Source: Ignavibacteria bacterium (lineage in GTDB: Bacteria; Bacteroidota; Ignavibacteria; Ignavibacteriales; Melioribacteraceae). Taken from it: 64,000 nucleotides of DNA. Made by a program: the position numbers and the translations under genes. Under the pieces are notes generated by a model. It had not been told where the DNA came from, ran no database searches, and was given only the letters and a program-made list of their open reading frames with translations. This document shows positions 18,411 to 27,261 of the stretch, in pieces. The DNA lies in NCBI GenBank assembly GCA_037446915.1, contig JBBIHP010000003.1:2123-66122 (forward strand). The letters are read 5' to 3'. Numbering within the stretch: position 1 is the stretch's first letter; each line of letters opens with the position of its first letter.

Positions 18411-21335
18411 ATGCCAGCACCTCAACAGATTATTGACCTTGTTAACCGCTTCGAGCGGAATTATGAATCCTATACCAATGCAAATTATAACGAAACCCAA
18501 ACACGCCGCGAATTTATAGACCCATTCTTCGAAGCGCTCGGATGGGACATTTCTAACCGACTTGGTTACGCCGAAGCTTATAAAGATGTTGTCCACGAAT
18601 ACTCTCAGAAAACTACCGACTCGGTTGAAGCGCCCGACTACCTTTTCCGTATCGGCGGAACAAGAAAATTCTTTGTTGAAGCTAAAAAACCAAACATAAA
18701 ACTTGCGGATGATATTTCCCCCGCTTTCCAGCTGCGTAGATATGCATGGACGGCCAAATTACCTTTAAGCATTCTTACCGACTTTGAGGAACTTGCTGTT
18801 TACGACTGCCGCATTAAACCGAATAAGAACGATAAACCTTCCACTGCAAGAATAAATTACTACACTTACAAAGATTATATTGACAAGTGGGACGAAATTG
18901 AATCCGTATTTTCCAAAGATGCCGTGCTTAAAGGTTCATTCGATAAATTCGCTGAATCAAAAAAAGGAAAACGCGGAACCGCCGAAGTTGATGACGAGTT
19001 CTTAAAAGAAATTGAACATTGGCGCGAATTACTCGCCAAAAATATTGCGCTCAGAAACTCCAAACTTTCCAATCGCGAACTCAATTACTCCGTTCAGAAA
19101 ATTATCGACCGTATTATTTTCCTCCGTATCTGCGAAGACCGCGGCATTGAAGAATACGGACAATTACTTAATCATCTTAACGGAACAAATGTTTATAAAC
19201 GCCTCTTACAAATCTTTACACGTGCCGATGAAAAATATAACTCCGGTCTTTTCCATTTCGAAACCGAGAAGGACCGACCTGAATCACCCGATGAAATTAC
19301 ACCCGATCTTAACATAGACGACAAAACCCTTAAAGATATTATTAGAACACTCTATTATCCCGATAGCCCTTACGAGTTCTCCGTTCTTCCCGCAGATATA
19401 CTGGGACATGTTTACGAACAGTTCCTTGGTAAAGTAATCCGTTTAACACCGGCTCACCAGGCAAAGATTGAAGAAAAACCCGAAGTTAAAAAAGCCGGCG
19501 GCGTTTATTATACGCCAACTTATATTGTCGATTATATTGTTAAGAACACACTTGGCAAATTATTGACCGATGATAAAAAACCGAACCACATTAGTAAATT
19601 AAAAATTTTAGACCCGGCTTGCGGAAGCGGTTCTTTTCTTATTGTTGCTTATCAATATCTGCTGGACTGGCATCTTAAATATTATATTAACAGTGATCCC
19701 GATAAACATGCTCAATCTAAAAATCCGCCAGTCTATTCCTCGTCTAACGGCGAATGGAAACTTACTACTTCTGAGAGAAAGCGGATTCTGCTTAATAATA
19801 TCTACGGCGTTGATATCGATCCTCAAGCTGTTGAAGTAACAAAACTCTCTCTTCTGTTAAAAGTTCTTGAAGGTGAAACCGAAGAAACTCTCTCTTCTCA
19901 ATTTAAGTTTTTTAGAGAACGGGCATTACCGGACCTTGGCAGCAATATTAAATGCGGTAACTCTCTTATTGGTCCCGATTTCTATCAGCAGACTGAACTG
20001 AATCTTATTACTGATGAAGAACGGATGCGGATTAATGTATTCGATTGGCATAAAGAATTTCCGGAAGTTTTTAATGATAGTCCTTCGGCAAGCTCAGGAC
20101 AAGGATTTGATGTTGTGATTGGAAATCCACCGTATGGTGCTACATTTACACAAAACGAAATGAATTATCTAAGGAACAAATTCACAACAACTCAAGGGGA
20201 AATAGACAGTTATACACTTTTTTTAGAAACAAGCTTAACTTTATTGAAGAGTAATGGATTTTTTTCCATGATTCTTCCCGACACATGGCTTACAAATTAT
20301 ACGACTGAGATTTTTCGAAAATGGATATTATTTAATTTTTCACTTCTTGAAATAATACATCTTAATGAGTATATATTTAATAAAGCAACTGTTGATCCAG
20401 TAATCGTTACGATGGAAAAATTAAAGCCACATACTAATCATATTGTTTCTATTAGAACTATTCCTAAAAACCATAAACTAACTTCAATAGATTCAATTAC
20501 TAACACAAACTACTTTAATCAAGAAAAGTGGTTGTCAAATCACAATGCACAGATAAAAATTTATTTAACTAACGAACTTGAAGATTTCTTTGTTAAATTG
20601 GAAAACAATAGTATTAAACTAGAAAAACTGTTAGACTATAAAGCTGGTTGTAAACCATATGAAGTTGGTAAAGGTAATCCTGCTCAAACTCGAACTATTT
20701 TAGACGAAAAACCCTTTACATCATTCAAACAATTTTCGAAAGATTGGAAAAAATTAATAAGAGGAAATGACGTAAAAAGATATTGTGTTAAAATTAAGAA
20801 ACCTGAATGGATAAATTATGGTGACTGGCTCGCCGCACCACGTGATCCTAATATTTTTCAAGGTGAGAGATTACTAGTGCAAGCCATCCGAAATCCATCG
20901 TTAAAAAATAGAATTATTGTATCATTTGAAAATGAAGAGCTTATTTCACGCATTAATGTTTATACTCTATTAAAAAAGGATGGTGTTGATGTTCATTATT
21001 ATTATTTACTAGGCATTTTAAACAGTGCATTAATGAACTGGTTTCTCAAACGAAATTATGGGCTGCATACATATATTATTACCGGATTATTACAGTTACC
21101 TATTAGAATAATTAACTTCTCAGCTAAAAAAGAAAAAGAAATACATGACGCCATAGTACACTCGGCATCAAAAATAATTAATCTGAATAAAAGCTTAATC
21201 AAGGCTAACACCCCCCAAGAAAAAGAATCCCTTCAGCGGCAGATAGACGCAACGGATAGAGAGATAGACCGGCTTGTTTATGAGTTATACGGATTAACAG
21301 AAGAAGAAATAAAAATTGTAGAATCCATATCGTAG
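18411..21335 (+). CDS. Type IIG restriction-modification enzyme (fused PD-(D/E)xK nuclease + N6-adenine DNA methyltransferase + target-recognition domain)
   Basis: 974 aa. The N-terminus is an HsdR_N-like nuclease with NETQTRREFIDPFFEALGWD and PD76...E90-A-K92. It has SAM motif I (LDPACGSGSFL) and motif IV (VVIGNPPYG). The C-terminal tail (DREIDRLVYELYGLTEEEIKIVE) is typical of the Eco57I/MmeI-like family. Confidence 0.85.
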   Translation: MPAPQQIIDLVNRFERNYESYTNANYNETQTRREFIDPFFEALGWDISNRLGYAEAYKDVVHEYSQKTTDSVEAPDYLFRIGGTRKFFVEAKKPNIKLADDISPAFQLRRYAWTAKLPLSILTDFEELAVYDCRIKPNKNDKPSTARINYYTYKDYIDKWDEIESVFSKDAVLKGSFDKFAESKKGKRGTAEVDDEFLKEIEHWRELLAKNIALRNSKLSNRELNYSVQKIIDRIIFLRICEDRGIEEYGQLLNHLNGTNVYKRLLQIFTRADEKYNSGLFHFETEKDRPESPDEITPDLNIDDKTLKDIIRTLYYPDSPYEFSVLPADILGHVYEQFLGKVIRLTPAHQAKIEEKPEVKKAGGVYYTPTYIVDYIVKNTLGKLLTDDKKPNHISKLKILDPACGSGSFLIVAYQYLLDWHLKYYINSDPDKHAQSKNPPVYSSSNGEWKLTTSERKRILLNNIYGVDIDPQAVEVTKLSLLLKVLEGETEETLSSQFKFFRERALPDLGSNIKCGNSLIGPDFYQQTELNLITDEERMRINVFDWHKEFPEVFNDSPSASSGQGFDVVIGNPPYGATFTQNEMNYLRNKFTTTQGEIDSYTLFLETSLTLLKSNGFFSMILPDTWLTNYTTEIFRKWILFNFSLLEIIHLNEYIFNKATVDPVIVTMEKLKPHTNHIVSIRTIPKNHKLTSIDSITNTNYFNQEKWLSNHNAQIKIYLTNELEDFFVKLENNSIKLEKLLDYKAGCKPYEVGKGNPAQTRTILDEKPFTSFKQFSKDWKKLIRGNDVKRYCVKIKKPEWINYGDWLAAPRDPNIFQGERLLVQAIRNPSLKNRIIVSFENEELISRINVYTLLKKDGVDVHYYYLLGILNSALMNWFLKRNYGLHTYIITGLLQLPIRIINFSAKKEKEIHDAIVHSASKIINLNKSLIKANTPQEKESLQRQIDATDREIDRLVYELYGLTEEEIKIVESIS

Positions 21336-21357
21336 GGAACGGTCTCAGACCGTTCCC
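21332..21357 (+). repeat. REP-like element: GTAG head + perfect palindrome GGGAACGGTCT-C-AGACCGTTCCC
   Basis: 11-bp perfect arms with a 1-nt centre. The GTAG overlaps the TAG stop codon of the R-M gene (21333-21335). Confidence 0.7.
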
Positions 21358-21425
21358 AATCCGGTATCAAACCGTTCCCAATCCGGTATCAGACCGTTCC
21401 CAATCCGGTATCAAACCATTCCCCA
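21349..21425 (+). repeat. 22-bp tandem repeat ACCGTTCCCAATCCGGTATCA[A/G], three full copies plus a degenerate partial copy
   Basis: The units are 21349-21370, 21371-21392 and 21393-21414, then ACCATTCCCCATT. Each unit starts with the right half-site of the adjacent REP palindrome. Confidence 0.9.
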
Positions 21426-21470
21426 TTTATTTAATATTTGTTTATTTTTTGTCAACCTCATTTATATTTT

Positions 21471-21965
21471 ATGAATAATTCATTACCCAATCGTAAACGG
21501 AACCGGCTGCAGAATTTTGATTATTCATCTACCGGTTATTATTTCATTACCATTTGCGTTAAGAACAAGAAAAAAATATTCGGCAATATTATCAACGGTA
21601 AAATTTCTCTAAATTTATTCGGTATAATTACCGAAGAATGCTGGAACGATTTACCAAATCATTACAATTGCTCTATCGATTATTATTCAATTATGCCCGA
21701 CCATTTTCATGGAATTCTGATAATTGAAAAATTACAAGACAAAAAAAATTATTCTCTCTCCGAAATCATTCGCGGATTTAAAACATTTTCATCAAAAAGG
21801 ATTAATCTGGAAATTAAAAACAATAACCGTTTTCAATGGCAGAAATCTTTCTACGATCGCATTATTCGTAATGAGAAAGAACTTTACCAAATTAGAAAAT
21901 ATATCGAACAAAACCCCTTGAAATGGGAATTATCGCAAGAACTGCCGGAAAACCTTGATATCTAA
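21471..21965 (+). CDS. REP-associated tyrosine transposase (RAYT; IS200/IS605-like Y1 HUH enzyme)
   Basis: 164 aa from the internal ATG (the track ORF starts at a TTG at 21438). It has the HUH motif PDHFHGILI, a C-terminal WQKSFYDRIIRNEKELYQIRKYIEQNP block and an N-terminal RKRNRL...YYFITI. No TnpB or other IS genes are present. It is flanked by GTAG palindromes. Confidence 0.8.
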   Translation: MNNSLPNRKRNRLQNFDYSSTGYYFITICVKNKKKIFGNIINGKISLNLFGIITEECWNDLPNHYNCSIDYYSIMPDHFHGILIIEKLQDKKNYSLSEIIRGFKTFSSKRINLEIKNNNRFQWQKSFYDRIIRNEKELYQIRKYIEQNPLKWELSQELPENLDI

Positions 21966-21988
21966 TAATTTTTACTTTTGTGGGGAAC

Positions 21989-22019
21989 CGTAGGGAACAG
22001 TTTCAAACTGTTCCCTACG
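21989..22019 (+). repeat. REP-like element: CGTAGGGAACAGTTT-C-AAACTGTTCCCTACG
   Basis: 15-bp perfect arms with a 1-nt centre, 24 nt downstream of the RAYT stop. It has the same GTAGGGAAC.GT.T core as the upstream copy. Confidence 0.7.
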
Positions 22020-22176
22020 ATGTTGTTCCATACCAGTACCAATATTTTTAAAAACACAACCAAATAATTTTGAAACCGTCCAAACTAATTCATAATTTAG
22101 ACACAAAAGAAAGACCTTCTATTTGAAATACATGCTTTTAATTAACAGATCTAAAACACACCACATAAGGGGGCTT

Positions 22177-25100
22177 ATGAAAAAACTCTTTTATTCAACT
22201 GTAATTCTATTTTCGTTTGCGGCTAATTACTATGCCCAGATGGATGCAAAAATGCTGCAATATCCCGATGTATCTAAAACGCATATTGTGTTTTCCTATG
22301 CCGGAGATTTATGGACGGTTCCTAAAGAAGGCGGAACTGCAACAAGGTTAAGTTCTCCCAAAGGTCAGGAAGTCTTTCCAAAATTTTCTCCTGATGGTTC
22401 CCAAATAGCATTCAGCGGTAATTACGACGGCAACATGGATGTTTATGTAATGCCAACTACCGGTGGAATTCCAACACGGGTTACTAATCATGGTATGGCA
22501 GATCGTATTATTGATTGGTATCCGGATAGCAAGAACCTTCTATTTGTTAACTCAAGTGAAAGCGGCAAGCAGCGATTCAGTCAATTCTACAAAGTTTCTC
22601 CCAAAGGTGGTTTGCCGGAAAAACTTCCCATTCCGTATGGTGAACACGCTTCACTATCACCAGATGGAAAACAGATTGCTTACACAAACAAAACAGAATC
22701 CTTCCGCACATGGAAACGTTACCGCGGAGGCGATGCGGCTGATATCTGGTTATTCGATCTTGAAAAACTAACCGTTGATTACATTATTGTTAATCCCGCC
22801 GGTGATGAACTGCCAATGTGGAGCGGTAGAAAAATTTATTTTATTTCCGACCGCGGACCGGAAATTAGAATGAACATCTGGTCATATAACCTCGATACAA
22901 AAGAATTGAAACAGGTTACAAAGTTTACAGATTTCGATATTCACTTTCCATCACTCGGTCCATCCGAAATTGTATTCGAAGCTGGTGGAAAACTTTATCT
23001 GCTTAGTTTGGCAGATGAAAAATACCGTGAGGTAAAAGTTAATGTTGTTACAGATGCAATTACTTTAATGCCCCGTAACGAAAAAGTTTCAAACTTAATT
23101 CAGAGTTTATCACTTTCGCCAGACGGTAAACGCGCAATGATTGAAGCACGCGGAGAAATCTTTAACGTGCCGGCAGAAAATGGTGCGGTTATAAACGTTA
23201 CAAAAACCTCCGGTGTTGCAGAGCGATATCCCGCATGGTCGCCTAATGGTAAGTTTGTTGCATACTGGAGCGATAAATCCGGCGAATATGAGTTAACAAT
23301 CCGCGATATGGAAAAACCGGATGATGAAAAGAAACTTACTTCTTACGGAGAAGGTTATCGGTATAATCTTTTCTGGTCACCTAACAGCAAGATGATTGCG
23401 TTTGTTGATAAAGCGATGGATATAATGATCTATGATATGGATAAGGATAAAACATTTAAGGTTGATAAAGGAAAATTCTGGTACCAGGGAAATCTTACTC
23501 AATTCAAACCGGGCTGGTCTTCCGATAGCCGCTGGCTTGCATATCAGAATGATCTTGATAACAGAAGCAGCGCGATCTTTATTTATGATACTAAAGAACA
23601 GAAAACTGTTCAGGCAACTTCCGGGTTTTATACGGATACTAATCCTGTTTTCGATCCCGATGGAAAGTATTTATTCTTTATGACAAACAGAAACTTCACG
23701 CCGGTTTATAGCGACTTTGATAACACCTGGGTTTATCCGAATGCAACAAATTTAGCACTGGTTACATTAACACCCGATATTCTTTCGCCTCTTGCACCAA
23801 AGAATGATACTACTGCTATTAAAAAAGATGAAGTAAAGAAGGAAGAAAGTAAAGAAGTAAAGAAGGAAGAACCGAAGAAAGAGGAACCCAAAAAAGATGA
23901 TAAAACAAAAGAAGTTAAAATCACTTTCGATAATTTTGAGAATCGTATTGTAGTTCTTCCACCTGCATACGGAAATTTTGCGGGGCTCGCTGCTGTTAGC
24001 GGAAAATTAATTTTCCACAGAACACCAAATACAGGTTCGGCAGATAGAAACAGACCTCTCTTCTTTTATGATATCGAAAAACGTGAAGAGAAAAAAATTG
24101 TTGATGATGTGGATGGATTTACTGTTTCTGCTGACGGTAAAAAATTAGCAGTTGTAAAATCCGGTTCGTTCTCCGTAATTGATGTTGCAGAGAACCAGAA
24201 GCTTGATAAGAAGATGCCAACCGCAATGATGGAAATGACAGTTGATCCTAAACTGGAATGGAAGCAGATATTTAATGACGTCTGGCGTCTTGTTAGAGAT
24301 CTATTTTACGATAAAAATATGCATGGCGTCGATTGGAAAGAAATGGGTGACCGTTACGGTAAATTAGTTGACTACTGTGTAACACGCTGGGATCTTAATT
24401 ACATTCTTGGTGAACTGATTTCCGAATTAAATGCATCGCATACATATCGGGGCGGTGGTGATACAGACGAAGCTGATTTCAGAAACGTTGGTTATCTTGG
24501 CATCAATTGGGAAATTGCTAACAACGCTTATAGAATTAAAAAGATTATTAGCGGTGCACCCTGGGATAGTGAAGTTCGTTCGCCTTTACTAATGCCGGGA
24601 TTAAAAGTAAAAGCCGGTGATTATATCCTCGCAGTTAACGGTGAAAAACTTGATGTTAACAAAGCACCGTGGGCTGCATTCGAAGGACTTGCTGATAAAT
24701 CCGTTGAGCTTACAATAAACGACAAACCCACAATGGATGGGGCTAAAAAAATTCTTGTGCAGACATTATCATCAGAAACCCGTTTGCGTAACCTGGAATG
24801 GATTGAACAGAACAGAAAATATGTTGAAGAGAAAACTAACGGGCGCGTCGGTTACATTTATGTTCCGAGTACGGGTGTTGGAGATGGACAATATGAATTA
24901 GTTAGAATGTTCTATCCACAATTAAATAAAGAAGCATTAATTATTGATGAACGCTTTAATAATGGTGGACAGATTCCTGATCGTTTCATCGAACTATTAA
25001 ATCGTAAACCGCTTGCATACTGGGCAGTTCGCGATGGTAAGAACTGGCAGTGGCCTCCTCAAGCTCACTTCGGTCCAAAAGTAATGTTGATAAACGGATG

Positions 25101-25443
25101 GAGCGGTTCCGGCGGCGATGCATTCCCGGATTATTTCCGTAAAGCTGGATTAGGTCCAATAATCGGCACAAGAACATGGGGCGGATTAATTGGTATTACC
25201 GGTGCACCAACTCTAATTGATGGCGGAAGTTTATCTGTGCCTACTTTCAGAATGTATGACCCGGACGGTAAATGGTTTAAAGAAGGTCATGGTGTTGATC
25301 CTGATATCGAAGTTGTTGATGATCCATCAAAACTTGCAAAGGGAGTTGATCCTCAACTTGAGAGAGCTGTTCAGGAAATTTTGAAAGCACTTGAGAAGAA
25401 TCCTTATAAAGAGCCGAAACAACCGGCTTATGAAAAACGGTAA
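22177..25443 (+). CDS. Tricorn protease homologue (beta-propellers + PDZ + S41 peptidase)
   Basis: It has the characteristic N-terminus YPDVSKTHIVFSYAGDLWTVPKEGGTATRLSS, TolB-like propeller repeats and a C-terminal S41 core (GWSGSGGDAFP...TWGG). The start was moved to the ATG at 22177, which follows AAGGGGG and gives a clean signal peptide (MKKLFYSTVILF). The track ORF begins at 22123. Confidence 0.85.
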   Translation: MKKLFYSTVILFSFAANYYAQMDAKMLQYPDVSKTHIVFSYAGDLWTVPKEGGTATRLSSPKGQEVFPKFSPDGSQIAFSGNYDGNMDVYVMPTTGGIPTRVTNHGMADRIIDWYPDSKNLLFVNSSESGKQRFSQFYKVSPKGGLPEKLPIPYGEHASLSPDGKQIAYTNKTESFRTWKRYRGGDAADIWLFDLEKLTVDYIIVNPAGDELPMWSGRKIYFISDRGPEIRMNIWSYNLDTKELKQVTKFTDFDIHFPSLGPSEIVFEAGGKLYLLSLADEKYREVKVNVVTDAITLMPRNEKVSNLIQSLSLSPDGKRAMIEARGEIFNVPAENGAVINVTKTSGVAERYPAWSPNGKFVAYWSDKSGEYELTIRDMEKPDDEKKLTSYGEGYRYNLFWSPNSKMIAFVDKAMDIMIYDMDKDKTFKVDKGKFWYQGNLTQFKPGWSSDSRWLAYQNDLDNRSSAIFIYDTKEQKTVQATSGFYTDTNPVFDPDGKYLFFMTNRNFTPVYSDFDNTWVYPNATNLALVTLTPDILSPLAPKNDTTAIKKDEVKKEESKEVKKEEPKKEEPKKDDKTKEVKITFDNFENRIVVLPPAYGNFAGLAAVSGKLIFHRTPNTGSADRNRPLFFYDIEKREEKKIVDDVDGFTVSADGKKLAVVKSGSFSVIDVAENQKLDKKMPTAMMEMTVDPKLEWKQIFNDVWRLVRDLFYDKNMHGVDWKEMGDRYGKLVDYCVTRWDLNYILGELISELNASHTYRGGGDTDEADFRNVGYLGINWEIANNAYRIKKIISGAPWDSEVRSPLLMPGLKVKAGDYILAVNGEKLDVNKAPWAAFEGLADKSVELTINDKPTMDGAKKILVQTLSSETRLRNLEWIEQNRKYVEEKTNGRVGYIYVPSTGVGDGQYELVRMFYPQLNKEALIIDERFNNGGQIPDRFIELLNRKPLAYWAVRDGKNWQWPPQAHFGPKVMLINGWSGSGGDAFPDYFRKAGLGPIIGTRTWGGLIGITGAPTLIDGGSLSVPTFRMYDPDGKWFKEGHGVDPDIEVVDDPSKLAKGVDPQLERAVQEILKALEKNPYKEPKQPAYEKR
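23830..23871 (+). repeat. In-frame 24-bp tandem duplication (GAAGTAAAGAAGGAAGAA x2) inside a Lys/Glu-rich linker
   Basis: The 18-bp cores are at 23830-23847 and 23854-23871. They encode EVKKEESK / EVKKEEPK within KKDEVKKEESKEVKKEEPKKEEPKKDDKTKE. Confidence 0.85.
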
Positions 25444-25547
25444 AAAAGACGTGCCTTCTGAGAGAGCATCGAAGTAGGCATGTCTAAAAAACGGAAGCTT
25501 TGCTTTAATGCTAAGGCGGTGGACTTAGTTGGACGCCGCTGCTTCCG

Positions 25548-26594
25548 CTAATTAAAAATTTTATCCCAAAATTCTTTCCAGAAATTTGTGCTTTTACCGC
25601 TTCTACTTTTTCTGTAATACTTTGAATAATTATCATCTGTTAAAATTGAAACAGGACCCTGGTATATACCTCCGAATCTGTATCCGTCATAAACACGTAT
25701 TGCAATTGTATTCATTGAACCAAATCTTAATAATCCTTCGGGAATTCCATATACTCTCTCTTTATCAAAATCCTTCGAATTATTCCATCGCTTTGGAGGA
25801 TTATTAATTTGTCCGGTAGTACCAATTAATTCTCCATTAATATATGTTTCGTCAAAATCATCAATCTTGCCGGCAACAAGAAGAAGCTTCTTCCCCTTTA
25901 ACTTTTCCGGAACAAAAAACTCTAATCGATACCAGCAATAACCGTCGTGTTCTTTATAGCCTTGATACTCCCAATAACCGGGGACAAACATTTTATCCCA
26001 GTTAGAATCATCATAATCTTCTTTGCTCCACAGTGGATTGTCGGAAGTTCTAAATTTCCAGACTCCTGTAAGGTTAATATCAAAGTATGGAACTTCAAAA
26101 ATTCCGATGTCGCCTTCAACAATTCCGCCTACTTGCTGTGAATCATAAACTCGGACGGCGATCAGGTTGGTATTATCAAAATTGATTAACTCTTCAGGAA
26201 TTGGATACTGCCGCCATACATTGTAAGTAGATGAATAATTCGGAGGGAAAGAACCCGAAAACCCGATGAGTGTGTTGTTAAAATAGACTTCATCAGTATC
26301 ATCAATTCTTCCTAGAACAAGTGTCAGACTTCGTCCTTTTGCTTTGGATGGAATTACAAAACTTTTTCTGTACCATGCGTAGCCATTGTATCCGTGGAAT
26401 CCCTCATCTTCCCATGATGATGGAACCTTAACAACTTCCCAGTTACTATCATCATAATCCGGTTTCTTTCTATCGATATCATCGCCGATAGAAAATTTCC
26501 AGCGCCCTTTAAGCTCCACAATTTTATTCTGTGCCAGAAACGGATCCTTGCAAATCAATAAAACAAAATAAACGAGTATTAGTCTGTATTGCAT
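25548..26594 (-). CDS. Secreted protein with two tandem GH2-N-like galactose-binding (jelly-roll) domains
   Basis: 348 aa with a signal peptide. One pattern is repeated twice: W.F.....DYDDSNW..(V/F)VP..WE..G...(Y/H)(N/D)GY.WYR..F.(I/V)P...KG..L.LV.G.IDD.DE.Y.N..LIG. Confidence 0.5.
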   Translation of the reverse strand: MQYRLILVYFVLLICKDPFLAQNKIVELKGRWKFSIGDDIDRKKPDYDDSNWEVVKVPSSWEDEGFHGYNGYAWYRKSFVIPSKAKGRSLTLVLGRIDDTDEVYFNNTLIGFSGSFPPNYSSTYNVWRQYPIPEELINFDNTNLIAVRVYDSQQVGGIVEGDIGIFEVPYFDINLTGVWKFRTSDNPLWSKEDYDDSNWDKMFVPGYWEYQGYKEHDGYCWYRLEFFVPEKLKGKKLLLVAGKIDDFDETYINGELIGTTGQINNPPKRWNNSKDFDKERVYGIPEGLLRFGSMNTIAIRVYDGYRFGGIYQGPVSILTDDNYSKYYRKSRSGKSTNFWKEFWDKIFN

Positions 26595-26669
26595 TTTCGT
26601 GTCGATTCTATTTTCTTCAAAATAATTTACAAGAGCATTTTGTGAATTAAGTAATTCATTAAAAATATG

Positions 26670-27125
26670 TTACCGTTTTGCATCAACAATTGAACTTATA
26701 AAAGGATTATTTATATCTACAGACTTAACAAATTCATTATACATTGTTCCATAGATATGATTTAAGTTACTATCGGGTTGAATCTTAGTTAAATTAAATA
26801 CCGCTTCAATTCCTTCTTCGGAACCGATCATAAATAGAGAGAGTGCAATTAACACTTTACAATTATCGTCAATATTGGAATTAAGTTTTTCAATTAACGC
26901 CGGCACAGTTTCTACTAACCTGTATTTACCAGCTAAATAAGCTGCACTTTTCATTAGACCGGTATTATCAGATTTAATTCCTTCAATCAACATAGCTACT
27001 GCAGCTTTTCTGTTTTTGCACTTAAAATCATCCGGCATGGTTGCATTCATAGACGTAGTTAAAAGAGCCAGAGCAAAAAGAAATAAGATTCCTTTTCTTA
27101 CTGAGTTTTTTTCTAACGATTTCAT
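26670..27125 (-). CDS. Small secreted helical-repeat (HEAT-like) protein
   Basis: 151 aa with a signal peptide. It has a HEAT-like segment (VPALIEKLNSNIDDNCKVLIALSLFMIGSEEGIEAV). The family call is weak. Confidence 0.35.
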   Translation of the reverse strand: MKSLEKNSVRKGILFLFALALLTTSMNATMPDDFKCKNRKAAVAMLIEGIKSDNTGLMKSAAYLAGKYRLVETVPALIEKLNSNIDDNCKVLIALSLFMIGSEEGIEAVFNLTKIQPDSNLNHIYGTMYNEFVKSVDINNPFISSIVDAKR

Positions 27126-27261
27126 TTTGAACCTCCTTTGTCCATTGTGAACTTATTTTTTGTTTACTTCGGTTCTTTAGACAAGATGGTTCAAAACAAA
27201 GTTGTCATACTCAAGTAATCAATTGTAAAAAGATGTCACAACCAAATAGAACACAAAATTT

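Larger units (their letters stand above)
21332..22019 (+). mobile_element. RAYT-REP unit (domesticated Y1 transposase with its cognate hairpins)
   Basis: A RAYT CDS bracketed by two same-family GTAG-headed hairpins plus a REP-derived tandem array. Confidence 0.6.

Noticed and set aside
18366-18596. 76-aa minus-strand ORF overlapping the 5' end of the R-M gene
   Set aside because: It is antisense to a well-supported CDS with clear family motifs, has no RBS, and has unremarkable composition.
18411-21335. Whether the methyltransferase-nuclease could be a BREX (PglX) or DISARM component
   Set aside because: No other BREX or DISARM genes are nearby. The size (974 aa) and the N-terminal PD-ExK nuclease fit a solitary Type IIG enzyme.
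21349-21425. Possible CRISPR array, given regular 22-bp repeats next to a defence gene
   Set aside because: The repeats abut head-to-tail with no spacers and there are no cas genes. The unit is derived from the adjacent REP hairpin, so I treat it as a tandem repeat.
22123-22176. 18-codon N-terminal extension of the tricorn-like ORF (MKYMLLINRSKTHHIRGL)
   Set aside because: The internal ATG at 22177 is preceded by AAGGGGG and yields a normal signal peptide, so the extension is probably untranslated.
23733-23924. 63-aa minus-strand ORF (SSFF-rich)
   Set aside because: It is the antisense reading of the Lys/Glu-rich linker of the tricorn-like gene.
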